From Obrimoposthia wandeli (Eukaryota), in contig CDROCS010000506.1 in assembly GCA_977020255.1 (NCBI GenBank), positions 2,046,001-2,110,000 on the forward strand: DNA of 64,000 nucleotides. Reading direction: 5' to 3'. Position numbers and translations under genes: made by a program. Positions 23,969 to 35,308 of the stretch are shown here, piece after piece. Numbering within the stretch: position 1 is the first letter of the stretch; every line of letters starts with the position of its first letter. The notes beneath the pieces were generated by a model. It had not been told where the DNA came from. It worked only from the letters and a program-made list of their open reading frames with translations, and did no database searches.

Positions 23969-25069
23969 TTATAACCGCATTGGCATAACAACATACAAGG
24001 CTTGATCAGATTGTTCATCTTCAATCAAGGCACTGCTGTTGGCATCCAATAATGACATTTTAACCTTGTCACACTTAAGCGTATTCAATACATCCAATAC
24101 ATAGCTAACGTTGAAACTGATCTCGAGTTCATCATAACCAAATTCAACATCAAGTAGTTCTTCAGCTTCTTCTTGCTCTGGGTTATTTGCCGTGATCTTT
24201 AACAGACCTTGATTCATATTGAGACGTACACCGCGGAATTTTTCATTCGATAAAATAGCCGCGCGTGAAAATGCTTGTTTCAATTCTTCACGACCCGATA
24301 TTAACATCTTATCGGCATTCTTTGGTAATACCCGACGGTAATCAGGAAAACGACCATCGACCAATTTACAGGTAAAAACAAAACCGCTAGTGATAGCGCG
24401 AATGTTATTACTGCCAATTTGAATCTTAACCATGTCTTCTTCACTGTCTAACAAGCGCACTAACTCTAGTACCCCTTTACGCGGCACAATCACTTGTTGC
24501 TGCGCTAAGTTAGCATCGTGTTCGCAACTTGCGACAGCCAGACGGTGTCCATCGGTTGCCACTGTGCGTAACATATTGCCTTCAGTTTCAAACAACATGC
24601 CGTTAAGGTAATAACGCACATCTTGACTCGCCATCGAAAATTGGGTGTTATCAATCAATCGACGTAAAGAGCCTTGCAGTAGGTCAAATTCAATGTTGTT
24701 TTCCCAATCTTCAATATTTGGGAATTCAGTGGCCGGTAATGTCGATAATGAAAAACGACTACGTCCAGATTTAACCACAATACGATCTGCAGCGTACGTT
24801 ACTTGAATTTGTGCACCGTCAGGTAAACCACGGCAGATATCGAGAAATTTCTTCGCCGGTACCGTAGTGCGCCCTTCGCTATAGTCGCCTTCAAGATTAA
24901 CCTGACCAATTAACTCAACTTCCAGATCAGTACCGGTTAACGATAACTTACCTTCTTTGGCGTCAAGCAACACATTACCTAAGATTGGCAAAGTTGGGCG
25001 ATTACCCAACGCACCCGATACTAACTGTAACGGTCGTAATAACGCTTCGCGATTAATTGTAAACTGCAT
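23969..25069 (-). CDS. dnaN: DNA polymerase III beta clamp
   Basis: LTGTDLEVEL, QDVRYYLNG, VATDGHRLA and VVMPMRL. Confidence 0.98.
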   Translation of the reverse strand: MQFTINREALLRPLQLVSGALGNRPTLPILGNVLLDAKEGKLSLTGTDLEVELIGQVNLEGDYSEGRTTVPAKKFLDICRGLPDGAQIQVTYAADRIVVKSGRSRFSLSTLPATEFPNIEDWENNIEFDLLQGSLRRLIDNTQFSMASQDVRYYLNGMLFETEGNMLRTVATDGHRLAVASCEHDANLAQQQVIVPRKGVLELVRLLDSEEDMVKIQIGSNNIRAITSGFVFTCKLVDGRFPDYRRVLPKNADKMLISGREELKQAFSRAAILSNEKFRGVRLNMNQGLLKITANNPEQEEAEELLDVEFGYDELEISFNVSYVLDVLNTLKCDKVKMSLLDANSSALIEDEQSDQALYVVMPMRL

Positions 25070-25097
25070 TTAATATAACCTTTTTTACGACGACGTT

Positions 25098-26480
25098 TTA
25101 CGACGACAGTGTTCTAATCAAGTTTGAATAATCTTCTTTAATATCGTGACTTTCTTCTTTAAGTTGTACGATCTTACGACAAGCATGAAGTACCGTAGTA
25201 TGGTCACGACCACCAAACGCATCACCAATTTCTGGTAAACTGTGGTTGGTTAATTCTTTTGCTAGTGCCATTGCAACTTGACGCGGTCTTGCCACGGAAC
25301 GACTACGGCGCTTGGATAATAAATCCGCCATTTTAATCTTATAATACTCAGCAACTGTCTTCTGAATATTATCAATCGTCACTAACTTCTCTTGCAACGC
25401 TAATAAGTCACGTAATGCTTCACGGACAAAATCAATATTAATCGCACGGCCAGTAAAGTTAGCATTGGCGATCACGCGATTCAATGCCCCTTCCAACTCA
25501 CGTACATTTGAACGTAAACGTTTGGCAATGAAGAACGCCACTTCATCCGGTAAATGAATATTACTTTCTACTGCTTTACGCATTAGGATCGCAACACGCG
25601 TTTCCAGTTCTGGTGGTTCGATGGCAATCGTTAAGCCCCAACCAAAGCGCGACTTCAATCGGTCTTCTACGCCATCGATTTCTTTTGGATAACGATCTGA
25701 CGTAAGAATAATCTGTTGATTACCTTCGAGTAACGCATTGAAGGTATGAAAAAACTCTTCTTGTGAACGCTCTTTTTTCGCAAAGAATTGAATGTCATCA
25801 ATCAATAATGCATCAACACTGCGGTAATAATTTTTAAACGCTTCAATGGCATTATTTTGCAGGGCTTTCACCATATCCTGAACAAAACGCTCAGAATGCA
25901 TATAAATTACTTTCGCATTGGCTTTCTGCGCTTTAATGCCGTTACCAACCGCGTGTAATAAATGCGTTTTACCTAAACCTGTACCACCATATAAAAACAA
26001 TGGATTATAAGCACCACCAGGATTGCTAGCGACTTGCTGAGCAGCTGCACGTGCTAATTGGTTAGATTTACCTTCAACAAAGTTTTCAAAGGTGTAGGTT
26101 AAATTAACATTGCTGCGATGATTAATAGCGGGTTGCTGTGGTGAGCTTGATTCCCACGGATCCAATTGTGGTCTTGAAACCACTTTGGCTGTCACGACGC
26201 GATCAATTCTCGTTGTCGGTTGCGTGATAGTCGTTGGTTTGCCACCAATATCAAAACGTAAAATTGGCGCGTCAGCACCACAAAACTCATCGAATAATGC
26301 CGTAATTGAATTGAGGTACTTATCACGAACCCAATCAAGTACAAAACGGTTCGGAGCATACAAGGTGAGAGTACTATCGGTAAGTTCGGCTTTTAGAGGG
26401 CGTAACCACATACTGAACTCAGTAGCGGAAAGCTCATTTTGTAAGCGCGAAAGACATTGTTGCCAAAGAGAAACTGACAC
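25098..26480 (-). CDS. dnaA: Chromosomal replication initiator DnaA
   Basis: [25 protein letters not shown] and [12 protein letters not shown]; GTG start at 26480 with an upstream GGAG. Confidence 0.98.
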   Translation of the reverse strand: MSVSLWQQCLSRLQNELSATEFSMWLRPLKAELTDSTLTLYAPNRFVLDWVRDKYLNSITALFDEFCGADAPILRFDIGGKPTTITQPTTRIDRVVTAKVVSRPQLDPWESSSPQQPAINHRSNVNLTYTFENFVEGKSNQLARAAAQQVASNPGGAYNPLFLYGGTGLGKTHLLHAVGNGIKAQKANAKVIYMHSERFVQDMVKALQNNAIEAFKNYYRSVDALLIDDIQFFAKKERSQEEFFHTFNALLEGNQQIILTSDRYPKEIDGVEDRLKSRFGWGLTIAIEPPELETRVAILMRKAVESNIHLPDEVAFFIAKRLRSNVRELEGALNRVIANANFTGRAINIDFVREALRDLLALQEKLVTIDNIQKTVAEYYKIKMADLLSKRRSRSVARPRQVAMALAKELTNHSLPEIGDAFGGRDHTTVLHACRKIVQLKEESHDIKEDYSNLIRTLSS

Positions 26481-26532
26481 TCTCCACACTCCAGATTAAT
26501 AATAAAGAATAATGCATTATTTTACTGCTAAT

Positions 26533-26570
26533 TGTGCATAAGCGCTAGCATGAATAAACAGTTATCCACA
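26533..26570. promoter_or_regulatory. Two DnaA boxes in the dnaA promoter region
   Basis: TGTGCATAA (26533-26541) and TTATCCACA (26562-26570) both match TTWTNCACA, in opposite orientations. Confidence 0.8.
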
Positions 26571-26742
26571 CAAAAGTAAAATAAAAACCGATAACGTGTC
26601 AATACGAACAATAAAACCGGTCAATATAATTAATCACACTATCTTTTAGCAATTACTTATAACTAAACGCTATTTATAATTCAATTTACATTAGAATATC
26701 ATGCACGCATTAAACTTATAATTCGCGTCAACAGGATGGACC

Positions 26743-27495
26743 ATGAAAAAACTATTATTAGCAGCTGCAGTACTTGTGAGCTCAACATTAACGACCTTTG
26801 CACAAGCACAAGAAACCATTAAAGTCGGTATGTCAGGTAACTACTTCCCGTTTACTTTTTCAAAAAATGATCAGCTACAAGGCTTTGAAGTTGATTTATG
26901 GAAAGAGATCGCGAAACGTAATGATGCAAAAGTAGAATTCATCACAGTTAATTTTTCAGGTCTGTTTGGTATGCTAGAAACGGGTCGAATTGATACTATT
27001 TCAAATCAAGTAACGATCACCCCAGCACGTACGGCTAAGTACTCATTTAGCCAAACTTATGTTTATGACGGTGCTCAAGTTGTCGTGAAAAAAGGCAATA
27101 AAGACATTAACGGTATTAGCGATTTAGCAAACAAAACAGTTGGCGTAAATTTAGGCTCAAATTTTGCTGATTTATTACGCAAATACGATACCGACAAAAA
27201 TATTACCATTAAAACTTACGACACAGGTATCGAACGTGATGTAGCATTAGGTCGTACCGATGCGTTTGTGATGGATCGTTTATCATCACTTGAACTAATT
27301 AACAAATCACCATTACCATTACAACTTGCAGGCCCAACGTTTGAAACAATCGAAAATGCGATGCCATTTTTGAAAACAGAAAAACAAGAAGCATTGCGCC
27401 TAAAAGTAAATACAACGCTGGATAACATGCGCGCCGATGGCACACTTGCAACTATCTCAGTAAAATGGTTCACAACGGATATCACTGTAAAATAA
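26743..27495 (+). CDS. Polar amino-acid ABC transporter substrate-binding protein
   Basis: Signal peptide (AQA), YFPFTF, GFEVDL and GRIDTISNQVTIT (SBP family 3). Confidence 0.9.
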   Translation: MKKLLLAAAVLVSSTLTTFAQAQETIKVGMSGNYFPFTFSKNDQLQGFEVDLWKEIAKRNDAKVEFITVNFSGLFGMLETGRIDTISNQVTITPARTAKYSFSQTYVYDGAQVVVKKGNKDINGISDLANKTVGVNLGSNFADLLRKYDTDKNITIKTYDTGIERDVALGRTDAFVMDRLSSLELINKSPLPLQLAGPTFETIENAMPFLKTEKQEALRLKVNTTLDNMRADGTLATISVKWFTTDITVK

Positions 27496-28161
27496 ATGCA
27501 ATTTAATTTTGAGTACATGCTAAACCTGTTCCCAATACTGTTTAAGTATTTGGGAACAACCATGCAGATGGCGCTTATCGGCGTCGTCTTTGCGCTTATA
27601 TTAGCTATTGGCTTAGCGGTTGTACGTACGTTTAAAGTACCCGTACTCAATCAATTAGCCATGTTATTTATTTCTTTTTTCCGTGGTACCCCACTCCTTG
27701 TTCAGCTGTTTTTGCTGTATTACGGTTTGCCTCGAGTATTCCCGATATTAATTAACATGGATGCTTTTACTGCGTCTGTGATTGGCTTAACACTGCACTT
27801 TGCCGCTTACAAAGCGGAAAGTATTCGCGCCGCCATCATGGCTGTGGATAAGTCGCAGATGGAAGCTGCATTAAGTACCGGCATGACCACCAGTCAGGCT
27901 ATGCGCCGTATCGTCCTGCCACAAGCAGCACGTATCGCGACGCCATCGTTGATGAATTACTTTATTGATATGATCAAGAGTACCTCGTTAGCGTTTACGC
28001 TGGGCGTGACAGAAATCATGGCAAAAACCCAAATGGAAGCCTCATCAAGTTTTTACTTTTTCGAAAGTTACCTTGCCGTGGCATTAATCTATTGGGGTGT
28101 GGTGATGATATTCACCCAGCTACAAGTATATTTAGAACGTTATTTGAATAAGGCGTATTAA
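27496..28161 (+). CDS. Polar amino-acid ABC transporter permease
   Basis: [23 protein letters not shown] loop and IKSTSL. Confidence 0.92.
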   Translation: MQFNFEYMLNLFPILFKYLGTTMQMALIGVVFALILAIGLAVVRTFKVPVLNQLAMLFISFFRGTPLLVQLFLLYYGLPRVFPILINMDAFTASVIGLTLHFAAYKAESIRAAIMAVDKSQMEAALSTGMTTSQAMRRIVLPQAARIATPSLMNYFIDMIKSTSLAFTLGVTEIMAKTQMEASSSFYFFESYLAVALIYWGVVMIFTQLQVYLERYLNKAY

Positions 28162-28162
28162 C

Positions 28163-28897
28163 ATGATCAAAGTGACTAATTTAAGTAAGAGCTTTGCTGA
28201 TAACATGGTATTACGCCAAATTGATTTAGATATTAAAGAAGGTGAAACTACCGTCATTATTGGGCCATCAGGTACTGGTAAGTCGACTCTGTTGCGCTGT
28301 CTTAATTTTCTAGAACAACCTACAACAGCCAATATAACCATTGATGATTTAGTTGTTGATGCAAATACGGCAACCAAAAAACAAATAACAGCCTTACGTA
28401 AAAAAACCGCGTTCGTGTTTCAAAACTATGCCCTGTTTGCCAATAAAACGGCACTTGAGAATATTACCGAAGGTTTAATTACCGTCAGAGGTAAATCAGC
28501 AGCCATAGCCAAACAAGAGGCACTGGCAATCCTGGATAGCATTGGTTTAGCTGATAAGCAAGACTACTACCCTTCGGCATTGTCAGGCGGTCAGCAACAA
28601 CGTATAGGCATTGCACGCGCAATGGCGGCACAAAGCAAAGTAATTTTATTTGATGAACCCACGTCAGCGCTAGACCCTGAATGGGTTGGCGAAGTACTTG
28701 GATTAATGCGTAAATTAGCACAGCAAAAGCAAACGATGCTGATTGTCACGCATGAAATGCAATTTGCAAAAGAAATCGCAGACCGGGTGATTTTTATGGA
28801 CCAGGGCCAGATTGTTGAACAAGGATCCGCGGATATGATCTTTAATAACCCGCAAGATCCTCGTACTCGTACATTTTTACAGCGAGTAAATCAATAA
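28163..28897 (+). CDS. Polar amino-acid ABC transporter ATP-binding protein
   Basis: [17 protein letters not shown] and [12 protein letters not shown]. Confidence 0.93.
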   Translation: MIKVTNLSKSFADNMVLRQIDLDIKEGETTVIIGPSGTGKSTLLRCLNFLEQPTTANITIDDLVVDANTATKKQITALRKKTAFVFQNYALFANKTALENITEGLITVRGKSAAIAKQEALAILDSIGLADKQDYYPSALSGGQQQRIGIARAMAAQSKVILFDEPTSALDPEWVGEVLGLMRKLAQQKQTMLIVTHEMQFAKEIADRVIFMDQGQIVEQGSADMIFNNPQDPRTRTFLQRVNQ

Positions 28898-29146
28898 TCA
28901 GGCACTATAAAGTGGATAAATTAGCAGCGCTGACTTGTTAGTTAGTAAATAGCCTGTATAATTCCCCGCTTGATCCCTTGTGATCAGATTGGAATAACAG
29001 CAATTATTAAACCGAATTATAATTTTTATCTATAAGGGTAAGAATTTAGCCTATTATATCATGTATCCAATCGCATAATAATCGGTCGAGAATATCGAAT
29101 TTAAGTAAGATAATGCTATTTTCACGAGGCGAAAACTGATTAATTA

Positions 29147-29175
29147 TTGACTTGTTTTACAACAATGATTAAAAT
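29147..29175 (+). promoter_or_regulatory. Sigma70 promoter of the rpmH operon
   Basis: TTGACT-17 bp-TAAAAT followed by a GC-containing discriminator. Confidence 0.7.
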
Positions 29176-29269
29176 TCCGCCTCTTTTTGTGTTAGTCAAG
29201 TTGACGACCGGTCATTATTTCTTGACTGACTCAACATAACTGTACAGTTAATTTATAACGGATAAAGCT

Positions 29270-29404
29270 ATGAAACGTACTTTTCAACCAAGTAACCTTA
29301 AGCGTAAACGTTCACACGGTTTCCGCGCACGTAAAGCAACTGTAGGTGGCCGTAAGGTTCTTGCACGTCGCCGTGCAAAAGGTCGTAAGACTTTAAGCGC
29401 TTAA
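29270..29404 (+). CDS. rpmH: 50S ribosomal protein L34 (absent from the ORF track)
   Basis: Manual translation [44 protein letters not shown]. Confidence 0.97.
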   Translation: MKRTFQPSNLKRKRSHGFRARKATVGGRKVLARRRAKGRKTLSA

Positions 29405-29413
29405 TTATCAGAC

Positions 29414-29770
29414 GTGATAGATAAGAGCTTTCCTCGGGAGTTACGTTTGTTAACTCCCGAACACTTCAAAAACGTATTCGCAGACCCTGTGCGATCAGCC
29501 TCACCTCATATAACTATACTTGCCAAAAATAACTCACTTGGACACACTCGTCTTGGTTTAGCTGTACCTAAAAAAGCAATTAAACTTGCTGTCGGCCGTA
29601 ACCGAGTTAAACGTCTAATTAGAGAAAGTTTTCGGACACGCCATCATGATTTTCCGAATGTTGATATCGTGGTTATCGCTAAATCAGGTATTGCAAACTT
29701 GGAAAATGCAGAAATCGATGCATTATTGGAGAAGTTATGGCGCAAACTTTGTCGCCGTTGCAATGGTTAG
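29414..29770 (+). CDS. rnpA: RNase P protein component
   Basis: [19 protein letters not shown] and [16 protein letters not shown]. Confidence 0.96.
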   Translation: MIDKSFPRELRLLTPEHFKNVFADPVRSASPHITILAKNNSLGHTRLGLAVPKKAIKLAVGRNRVKRLIRESFRTRHHDFPNVDIVVIAKSGIANLENAEIDALLEKLWRKLCRRCNG

Positions 29771-29988
29771 GCACCAAATTAATACGAGGTTACCAATTAT
29801 TCGTTAGTCCGATGATTGGTCCTCGCTGTCGCTTCACTCCAACGTGCTCTCAATACGCGATAGAATCAATAAAACTCCACGGATTTACAAAAGGTTGTTG
29901 GCTCACAGCCAAACGTCTATTAATATGTCATCCTTTTAGTAATAAACATGGTTACGATCCTGTACCTGACCCCAAACAAAGAGATTAA
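29737..29988 (+). CDS. yidD: Membrane protein insertion efficiency factor YidD
   Basis: [21 protein letters not shown]; usual overlap with rnpA. Confidence 0.93.
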   Translation: MAQTLSPLQWLGTKLIRGYQLFVSPMIGPRCRFTPTCSQYAIESIKLHGFTKGCWLTAKRLLICHPFSNKHGYDPVPDPKQRD

Positions 29989-29995
29989 TTAGATT

Positions 29996-31639
29996 ATGGA
30001 ATCCCAACGTAATTTACTTGTCATCGGATTATTGTTTGTCAGCTTTTTGCTATTCACCGAGTGGCAAAATAAAGACAACCCGGTTGCAGTACCAACAACG
30101 ATTCAAGCGATCACAAATGGTTTAACTGGCGATGTACCGGCAGGCAGTGACGCAACAACTGACGCACCAAATTCAGAGCAATCAAATAAATTGATTACTA
30201 TCAGCTCAGATGTGCTTGAACTAACTATCGACACTGTTGGTGGCGATATCGTTCGTGCAGATTTACTCGAGCATGCGACAGAACTTGATGCTGAAGAACG
30301 TTTCACATTATTACAAAATGACGCAACGAATGTGTATATAGCACAAAGTGGTCTTATTGGCGCGAATGGTCCTGATGCAAATGCAAATGGTCGTCCACAA
30401 TACAGCACGACTGCAACTAGCTTCACTATGTCAGACGATACATTAAGCATCCCGCTTTCATACACAGATGCAAACGGTGTTCAGTTTACGAAAGTGTTCA
30501 CGCTAACACGTGGTAGCTATGACGTTGAAGTAAGCTATCAAGTAAATAACCAATCTGCTAATGCAATTTCAGTACAAATGTACGGTCAATTGAAACAAAA
30601 TATTGATCTAAGTACTGACGAAGGCAGCAGCATGATGATGAAAGCTTATCGTGGTGCAGCACTTGGTACAACTGATAAACGTTATGAAAAATACGATTTC
30701 AGTGATATTAGCGATGCAAATCTAAGCCGCACAACAACCGCTGGTTGGGTTGGGATGTTACAGCATTACTTCGTATCCGCTTGGATCCCAGGTGATAGCC
30801 TAAACCAGTTCTATAGTTTGAATATTGGCCGTACTGACTTTACTCAAGGTCAAGCGATTATCGGTTTCAAACAACCTGTTGAAGCGATTGCAGCAAACAG
30901 CGAAGCAACTATCTCTGCAAAACTTTGGGTTGGTCCAAAACTGCAAGATCAGATGGGCGAATTAGTTGAAGGTCTTGACCTTACTGTTGATTACAGCTGG
31001 TTATGGTTCATTGCGCAACCGCTCTTTAAATTACTACAGTTCTTCCACGGTTTAGTGGGTAACTGGGGTATTGCCGTAATCATGATCACGTTTACTGTAC
31101 GTGGTGCAATGTATCCATTAACGAAAGCGCAATACACGTCAATGGCGAAAATGCGCTTGCTACAGCCAAAACTGACTGCACTACGTGAAAAATGTGGTGA
31201 CGACAAACAAAAAATGTCGCAATCAATGATGGCATTGTATAAAGAAGAGAAAGTAAATCCATTAGGTGGTTGTTTCCCAATGATCATCCAAATGCCTATT
31301 TTCATCTCTCTATACTGGGCACTAATGGAAAGTGTGGAATTACGTCACGCACCATTCGCATTATGGATTAACGATTTATCGGCACAAGACCCGTACTACG
31401 TATTACCGCTATTAATGGGTGTTACTATGTACATGATCCAGAAAATGTCTCCGACACAGGTTCAGGATCCAATGCAGCAGAAAGTAATGCAGTTTATGCC
31501 TGTAATGTTTACTTTCTTCTTCTTGTGGTTCCCTGCAGGTCTAGTTCTATATTGGTTAATGAGTAACGTAGTTACAATTATCCAACAAACTATTATTTTC
31601 CGAGCGTTGGAAAAACAAGGTTTGCATAGTAAGAAATAA
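29996..31639 (+). CDS. yidC: Membrane protein insertase YidC
   Basis: [24 protein letters not shown] and LYWLMSN. Confidence 0.97.
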   Translation: MESQRNLLVIGLLFVSFLLFTEWQNKDNPVAVPTTIQAITNGLTGDVPAGSDATTDAPNSEQSNKLITISSDVLELTIDTVGGDIVRADLLEHATELDAEERFTLLQNDATNVYIAQSGLIGANGPDANANGRPQYSTTATSFTMSDDTLSIPLSYTDANGVQFTKVFTLTRGSYDVEVSYQVNNQSANAISVQMYGQLKQNIDLSTDEGSSMMMKAYRGAALGTTDKRYEKYDFSDISDANLSRTTTAGWVGMLQHYFVSAWIPGDSLNQFYSLNIGRTDFTQGQAIIGFKQPVEAIAANSEATISAKLWVGPKLQDQMGELVEGLDLTVDYSWLWFIAQPLFKLLQFFHGLVGNWGIAVIMITFTVRGAMYPLTKAQYTSMAKMRLLQPKLTALREKCGDDKQKMSQSMMALYKEEKVNPLGGCFPMIIQMPIFISLYWALMESVELRHAPFALWINDLSAQDPYYVLPLLMGVTMYMIQKMSPTQVQDPMQQKVMQFMPVMFTFFFLWFPAGLVLYWLMSNVVTIIQQTIIFRALEKQGLHSKK

Positions 31640-31655
31640 GCTTGCTAATCTTATC

Positions 31656-31681
31656 AAGGCGGCCCTTGTGCCGCCTTTTTT
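31656..31681 (+). terminator. Terminator after yidC
   Basis: AAGGCGGC-CCTTGT-GCCGCCTT followed by a T run. Confidence 0.8.
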
Positions 31682-31714
31682 CATCTAAAAAATATACTAT
31701 CTTCGGGTAATCAC

Positions 31715-33079
31715 ATGCTAACTAATGAAACTATCATTGCACAAGCCACACCGCCAGGACGAGGTGGTGTTGGTATTATTCGTATCTCTGGAGCAAAAAC
31801 AGAGTTAGTCGCACAAGCAGTTTTGAATAAAATTCCAACCGTGCGTAAGGCCGATTACTTATCTTTCTTGGATGAAGAACAGCAAACAATTGACCAAGGT
31901 ATCGCAATCTTGTTCAAAGCACCCAACTCATTTACTGGTGAAGATGTATTAGAACTCCAAGGTCATGGCGGTCCCGTGATCATGGATATGTTGATGCGTC
32001 GAATTCTTAAAATTGACGGTATCAGAATGGCTCGTCCAGGTGAGTTCTCTGAACGTGCATTCCTCAATGACAAAATGGATTTAACCCAAGCCGAAGCGAT
32101 TGCCGATCTGATTGATGCAACATCAGAGCGCGCAGTTAAATCTGCTATGAATTCACTGCAAGGTGAGTTCTCGAAAAAAATTAATACCTTGACCGAAAGT
32201 TTGATTCATTTACGTATTTACGTTGAAGCGGCGATTGATTTTCCAGAAGAGGAAGTCGACTTCCTTGCTGACGGTAAAATTGCCCAAGCACTGTATAAGA
32301 TAATGGATAATCTAACCGCAGTCCAAAAAGAAGCTAAGCAAGGCGCCATTATTCGTGAAGGCATGAAAGTTGTAATTGCCGGTCGTCCTAACGCCGGTAA
32401 ATCAAGTTTACTTAATGCATTAGCAGGTAAAGAATCTGCCATTGTCACCGACATCGCGGGAACAACGCGTGATGTGTTACGCGAACATATCCACATAGAT
32501 GGTATGCCACTGCATATTATCGATACGGCCGGTTTACGCGATAGTCCTGATCGTGTTGAACAAATTGGTATTGAACGCGCTTGGGAAGAAATCAACAACG
32601 CGGATCAAGTACTATTTATGGTTGACGGTACCACGACAGATGCCACGGATCCTGCTGAAATCTGGCCAGACTTTATTGATCGTCTACCAAGCTCGATCGG
32701 GTTGACAGTGATCAGAAATAAAATGGATCTTACCGGTGAATCGCCAGTTGCAGTTGAAGATCAAGGTCATTCGATCTTCAAAATATCAGCAAAAGAGAAT
32801 CTTGGCTTAGATGAACTAAAAGATCATTTAAAGCAATGTATGGGCTATCAAAGCAATACTGAAGGTGGCTTTATCGCACGTCGCCGTCACTTAGATGCTA
32901 TTGAGAAGGCCGATGAGCACTTACAGATAGGTAAGATGCAGATGGAAATATACATGGCAGGAGAGTTGCTTGCAGAAGAGCTACGCTTAGCCCAAGAGCA
33001 ACTATCAGAAATTACTGGCGAGTTCAGTTCAGATGATCTTCTCGGTCGTATCTTCACTTCATTCTGTATCGGTAAATAA
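31715..33079 (+). CDS. mnmE: tRNA modification GTPase MnmE
   Basis: [38 protein letters not shown] and FCIGK. Confidence 0.98.
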   Translation: MLTNETIIAQATPPGRGGVGIIRISGAKTELVAQAVLNKIPTVRKADYLSFLDEEQQTIDQGIAILFKAPNSFTGEDVLELQGHGGPVIMDMLMRRILKIDGIRMARPGEFSERAFLNDKMDLTQAEAIADLIDATSERAVKSAMNSLQGEFSKKINTLTESLIHLRIYVEAAIDFPEEEVDFLADGKIAQALYKIMDNLTAVQKEAKQGAIIREGMKVVIAGRPNAGKSSLLNALAGKESAIVTDIAGTTRDVLREHIHIDGMPLHIIDTAGLRDSPDRVEQIGIERAWEEINNADQVLFMVDGTTTDATDPAEIWPDFIDRLPSSIGLTVIRNKMDLTGESPVAVEDQGHSIFKISAKENLGLDELKDHLKQCMGYQSNTEGGFIARRRHLDAIEKADEHLQIGKMQMEIYMAGELLAEELRLAQEQLSEITGEFSSDDLLGRIFTSFCIGK

Positions 33080-33195
33080 ACAACCGCATAAATGACGATC
33101 CGCATCAGGATCGTCCCTCTCCTACCCCACAGTTAAAGCATGATAAGTAAGCCGAATAAAGTCTATTTAAAGACTCTTCGTGAGCGCTAGAGTAA

Positions 33196-33283
33196 TGTGT
33201 ATATTACAAGCCATCCACAGAGTTACCCACAAGTTGAACGTGATAAATAATAACTTTTAAGGCGTTTAATACTATGTGGATAA
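33196..33283. promoter_or_regulatory. Cluster of DnaA-box-like 9-mers outside oriC
   Basis: TGTGTATAT (33196, 1 mismatch), CCATCCACA (33211, 2), TTACCCACA (33223, 1) and TGTGGATAA (33275, exact). Confidence 0.6.
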
Positions 33284-33344
33284 ATCAACGATTAATGTCA
33301 TATTATGTATATTTAAACACAGAATATAGCGCTAATATTGCCAC

Positions 33345-34382
33345 TTATATCCCGGCAAGACATACTTGAATATCTAACTGATGCTCACGACAAAATACAC
33401 TAGCCTGCTCCTGTGAAATACAGCCCTGCTCTAATAATAAGTGTATCTCACTGTATAAGTTGGCTTGTAGCAATAACTTACCGGGCCTCGTATACTGCAG
33501 AACAGTACTGCTTTCAGACTGTTCTTGTAATGCTTTAACCACAGGTCCAGGTAATAACCAAGCCTGTGCAATGAGCGCAGATAAGCGTAATGAGTGCTTG
33601 GTCATCATTTGGCGGAATAACTTTGAACTAGGTCTAAACTCTGGGTCACAAGTATTCATTTCATCGACAATTAATTTAAACAGTGCAATTTTACCCACAT
33701 CATGAATAAGTCCAAGAAAATAAGCTAAGTCAGGGTCTTCACCGTGACGTTTCGCTAACGTTTTTGCCCACAAGGCAGTTGTCAGCGAATGCTGCCATAA
33801 ATACTGACCAAACAACTTAAAATAGATAGGCTTTATATCGGTCATATTTTTCATCACGATCGTCAAGACAATCGACTTAATTTGCAAACCTCCCAAACGA
33901 ACCACAGCTTCTTGTAAGCTAGTAATCTCCTGAGTACCAATTTGATAACCAGCCGAGTTCACTAATTTGATCACATCAGCGGCCAGCACGGGGTCCTGGG
34001 TAATCAATGCTGCTAATTGCTCAGCAGTATAATTGTCACTGTCAATCAACGCAGAGACCTTATGTAACACTTCTGGCAACCTAACCACATTTAACGCTAT
34101 GTTTTCAGGGCGACCAACACACGCCTCAACTTTAAGTAAAATACTTTTCTCTAATGGGTTTAACCCGCTATTTACAACCCTTGTAGCGTCTTTATTATTA
34201 AACAGCAAATCATAAAATAATGAGCTGGTATCAATTATCTCATCCGCTACGCCGACATCAGGTATACTTAATGTAGTTGTCGCCACACTATTGAACACTG
34301 GTTTATGAGAAGTATGTATCGTTTTTTTATTGGTTTTTTCATAACCTAATACAGCAAGAAAACGTTGAAATAGTGAAGCCAT
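33345..34382 (-). CDS. Standalone HDOD-domain protein
   Basis: QDPVLAADVIKLVNSAGY, ITSLQEAVVRLG, LWQHS and GLIHDVGK; start placed at ATG 34382. Confidence 0.85.
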   Translation of the reverse strand: MASLFQRFLAVLGYEKTNKKTIHTSHKPVFNSVATTTLSIPDVGVADEIIDTSSLFYDLLFNNKDATRVVNSGLNPLEKSILLKVEACVGRPENIALNVVRLPEVLHKVSALIDSDNYTAEQLAALITQDPVLAADVIKLVNSAGYQIGTQEITSLQEAVVRLGGLQIKSIVLTIVMKNMTDIKPIYFKLFGQYLWQHSLTTALWAKTLAKRHGEDPDLAYFLGLIHDVGKIALFKLIVDEMNTCDPEFRPSSKLFRQMMTKHSLRLSALIAQAWLLPGPVVKALQEQSESSTVLQYTRPGKLLLQANLYSEIHLLLEQGCISQEQASVFCREHQLDIQVCLAGI

Positions 34383-34470
34383 AACTGCCTTGATAATCGT
34401 AAATGAGTATTGTATTAGGCTACATTTTACAGCAAAAATAGTGACAACATTGTTTAAATAAGAGGAAAGC

Positions 34471-34920
34471 ATGTATACATTCGAATTAATTGTAGGCACC
34501 ACATTAGGATCCGCTGAATATACCGCCGATCACTTAGCAGAAAAACTCATTGATCAAGGCTTTCAGGTCAATATCCATCTCGATCCTAAGCTAGAAAGTC
34601 TTCCGATCGACAAAAACCACCCCTGGATCATTTGCACAGCCACTCATGGCGCGGGTGACTACCCTGAAAATATAGCCCCTTTTGCACAGCAACTACAGCA
34701 ATCTCAACCTGACTTAACCCTAGTTCAATACTGTGTGATCGCTCTGGGGTCAAAATCTTATGATCAATTCTGTTTTGCAGGTCATATGATCGATCTTCAA
34801 CTCGCTAAATTAAGCGCTAAAAGAATGGCAAAAACAGTCGAAATTTGTACGTTAGAAACGCCGATCCCGGAAGATGCGATCGACGAATGCTATCCGCAAT
34901 GGCTGAAAAACTGGCTATAA
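34471..34920 (+). CDS. mioC: Flavodoxin MioC
   Basis: VGTTLGSAEY, CTATHGAGDYP and ALGSKSYDQFC; transcribed into oriC. Confidence 0.92.
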   Translation: MYTFELIVGTTLGSAEYTADHLAEKLIDQGFQVNIHLDPKLESLPIDKNHPWIICTATHGAGDYPENIAPFAQQLQQSQPDLTLVQYCVIALGSKSYDQFCFAGHMIDLQLAKLSAKRMAKTVEICTLETPIPEDAIDECYPQWLKNWL

Positions 34921-35250
34921 TATAACCATGATCCGTTATTTTTATTTTTATTTTCTGTGGATAACTATAGATCTATCTTGTGATCAACCTATAGTTATCC
35001 TTGTAGAATAAATACTACATTCGAAGCCCTGTGTATAACTAGGCTATTTACACCCAGCTTATACGTAACAAGCCCAAGCCTTACTAACAGTAAGTGATCG
35101 ACGCTAAATACATGATCTTGCTAGATCAAAGTGAGTTATCAACAGATCAAGGCGATCCTAATAATAGATCTTATAAGATCTCTTTTAAGATCTTAAGATC
35201 AACAGTTGGATCTAAATAAAAATATAATTAAGATCATTTGCATCTGTTAG
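34921..35250. other. Chromosomal replication origin oriC
   Basis: Lies between mioC and mnmG; DnaA boxes TGTGGATAA (34956), TGTGTATAA (35030) and TTATCAACA (35136); 14 GATC counted between 34930 and 35235; AT-rich GATC-punctuated unwinding element at about 35154-35235. Confidence 0.93.
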
Positions 35251-35308
35251 AGAAAACCGTAGACTGTGCCGCTCTGAATATTTCCGCTAAACAAAACCGA
35301 GGTGATAC

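Noticed and set aside
35154-35235. GATC-spaced repeats as a CRISPR or iteron array
   Set aside because: Spacing is irregular with no constant repeat; explained as the oriC unwinding element with Dam sites.
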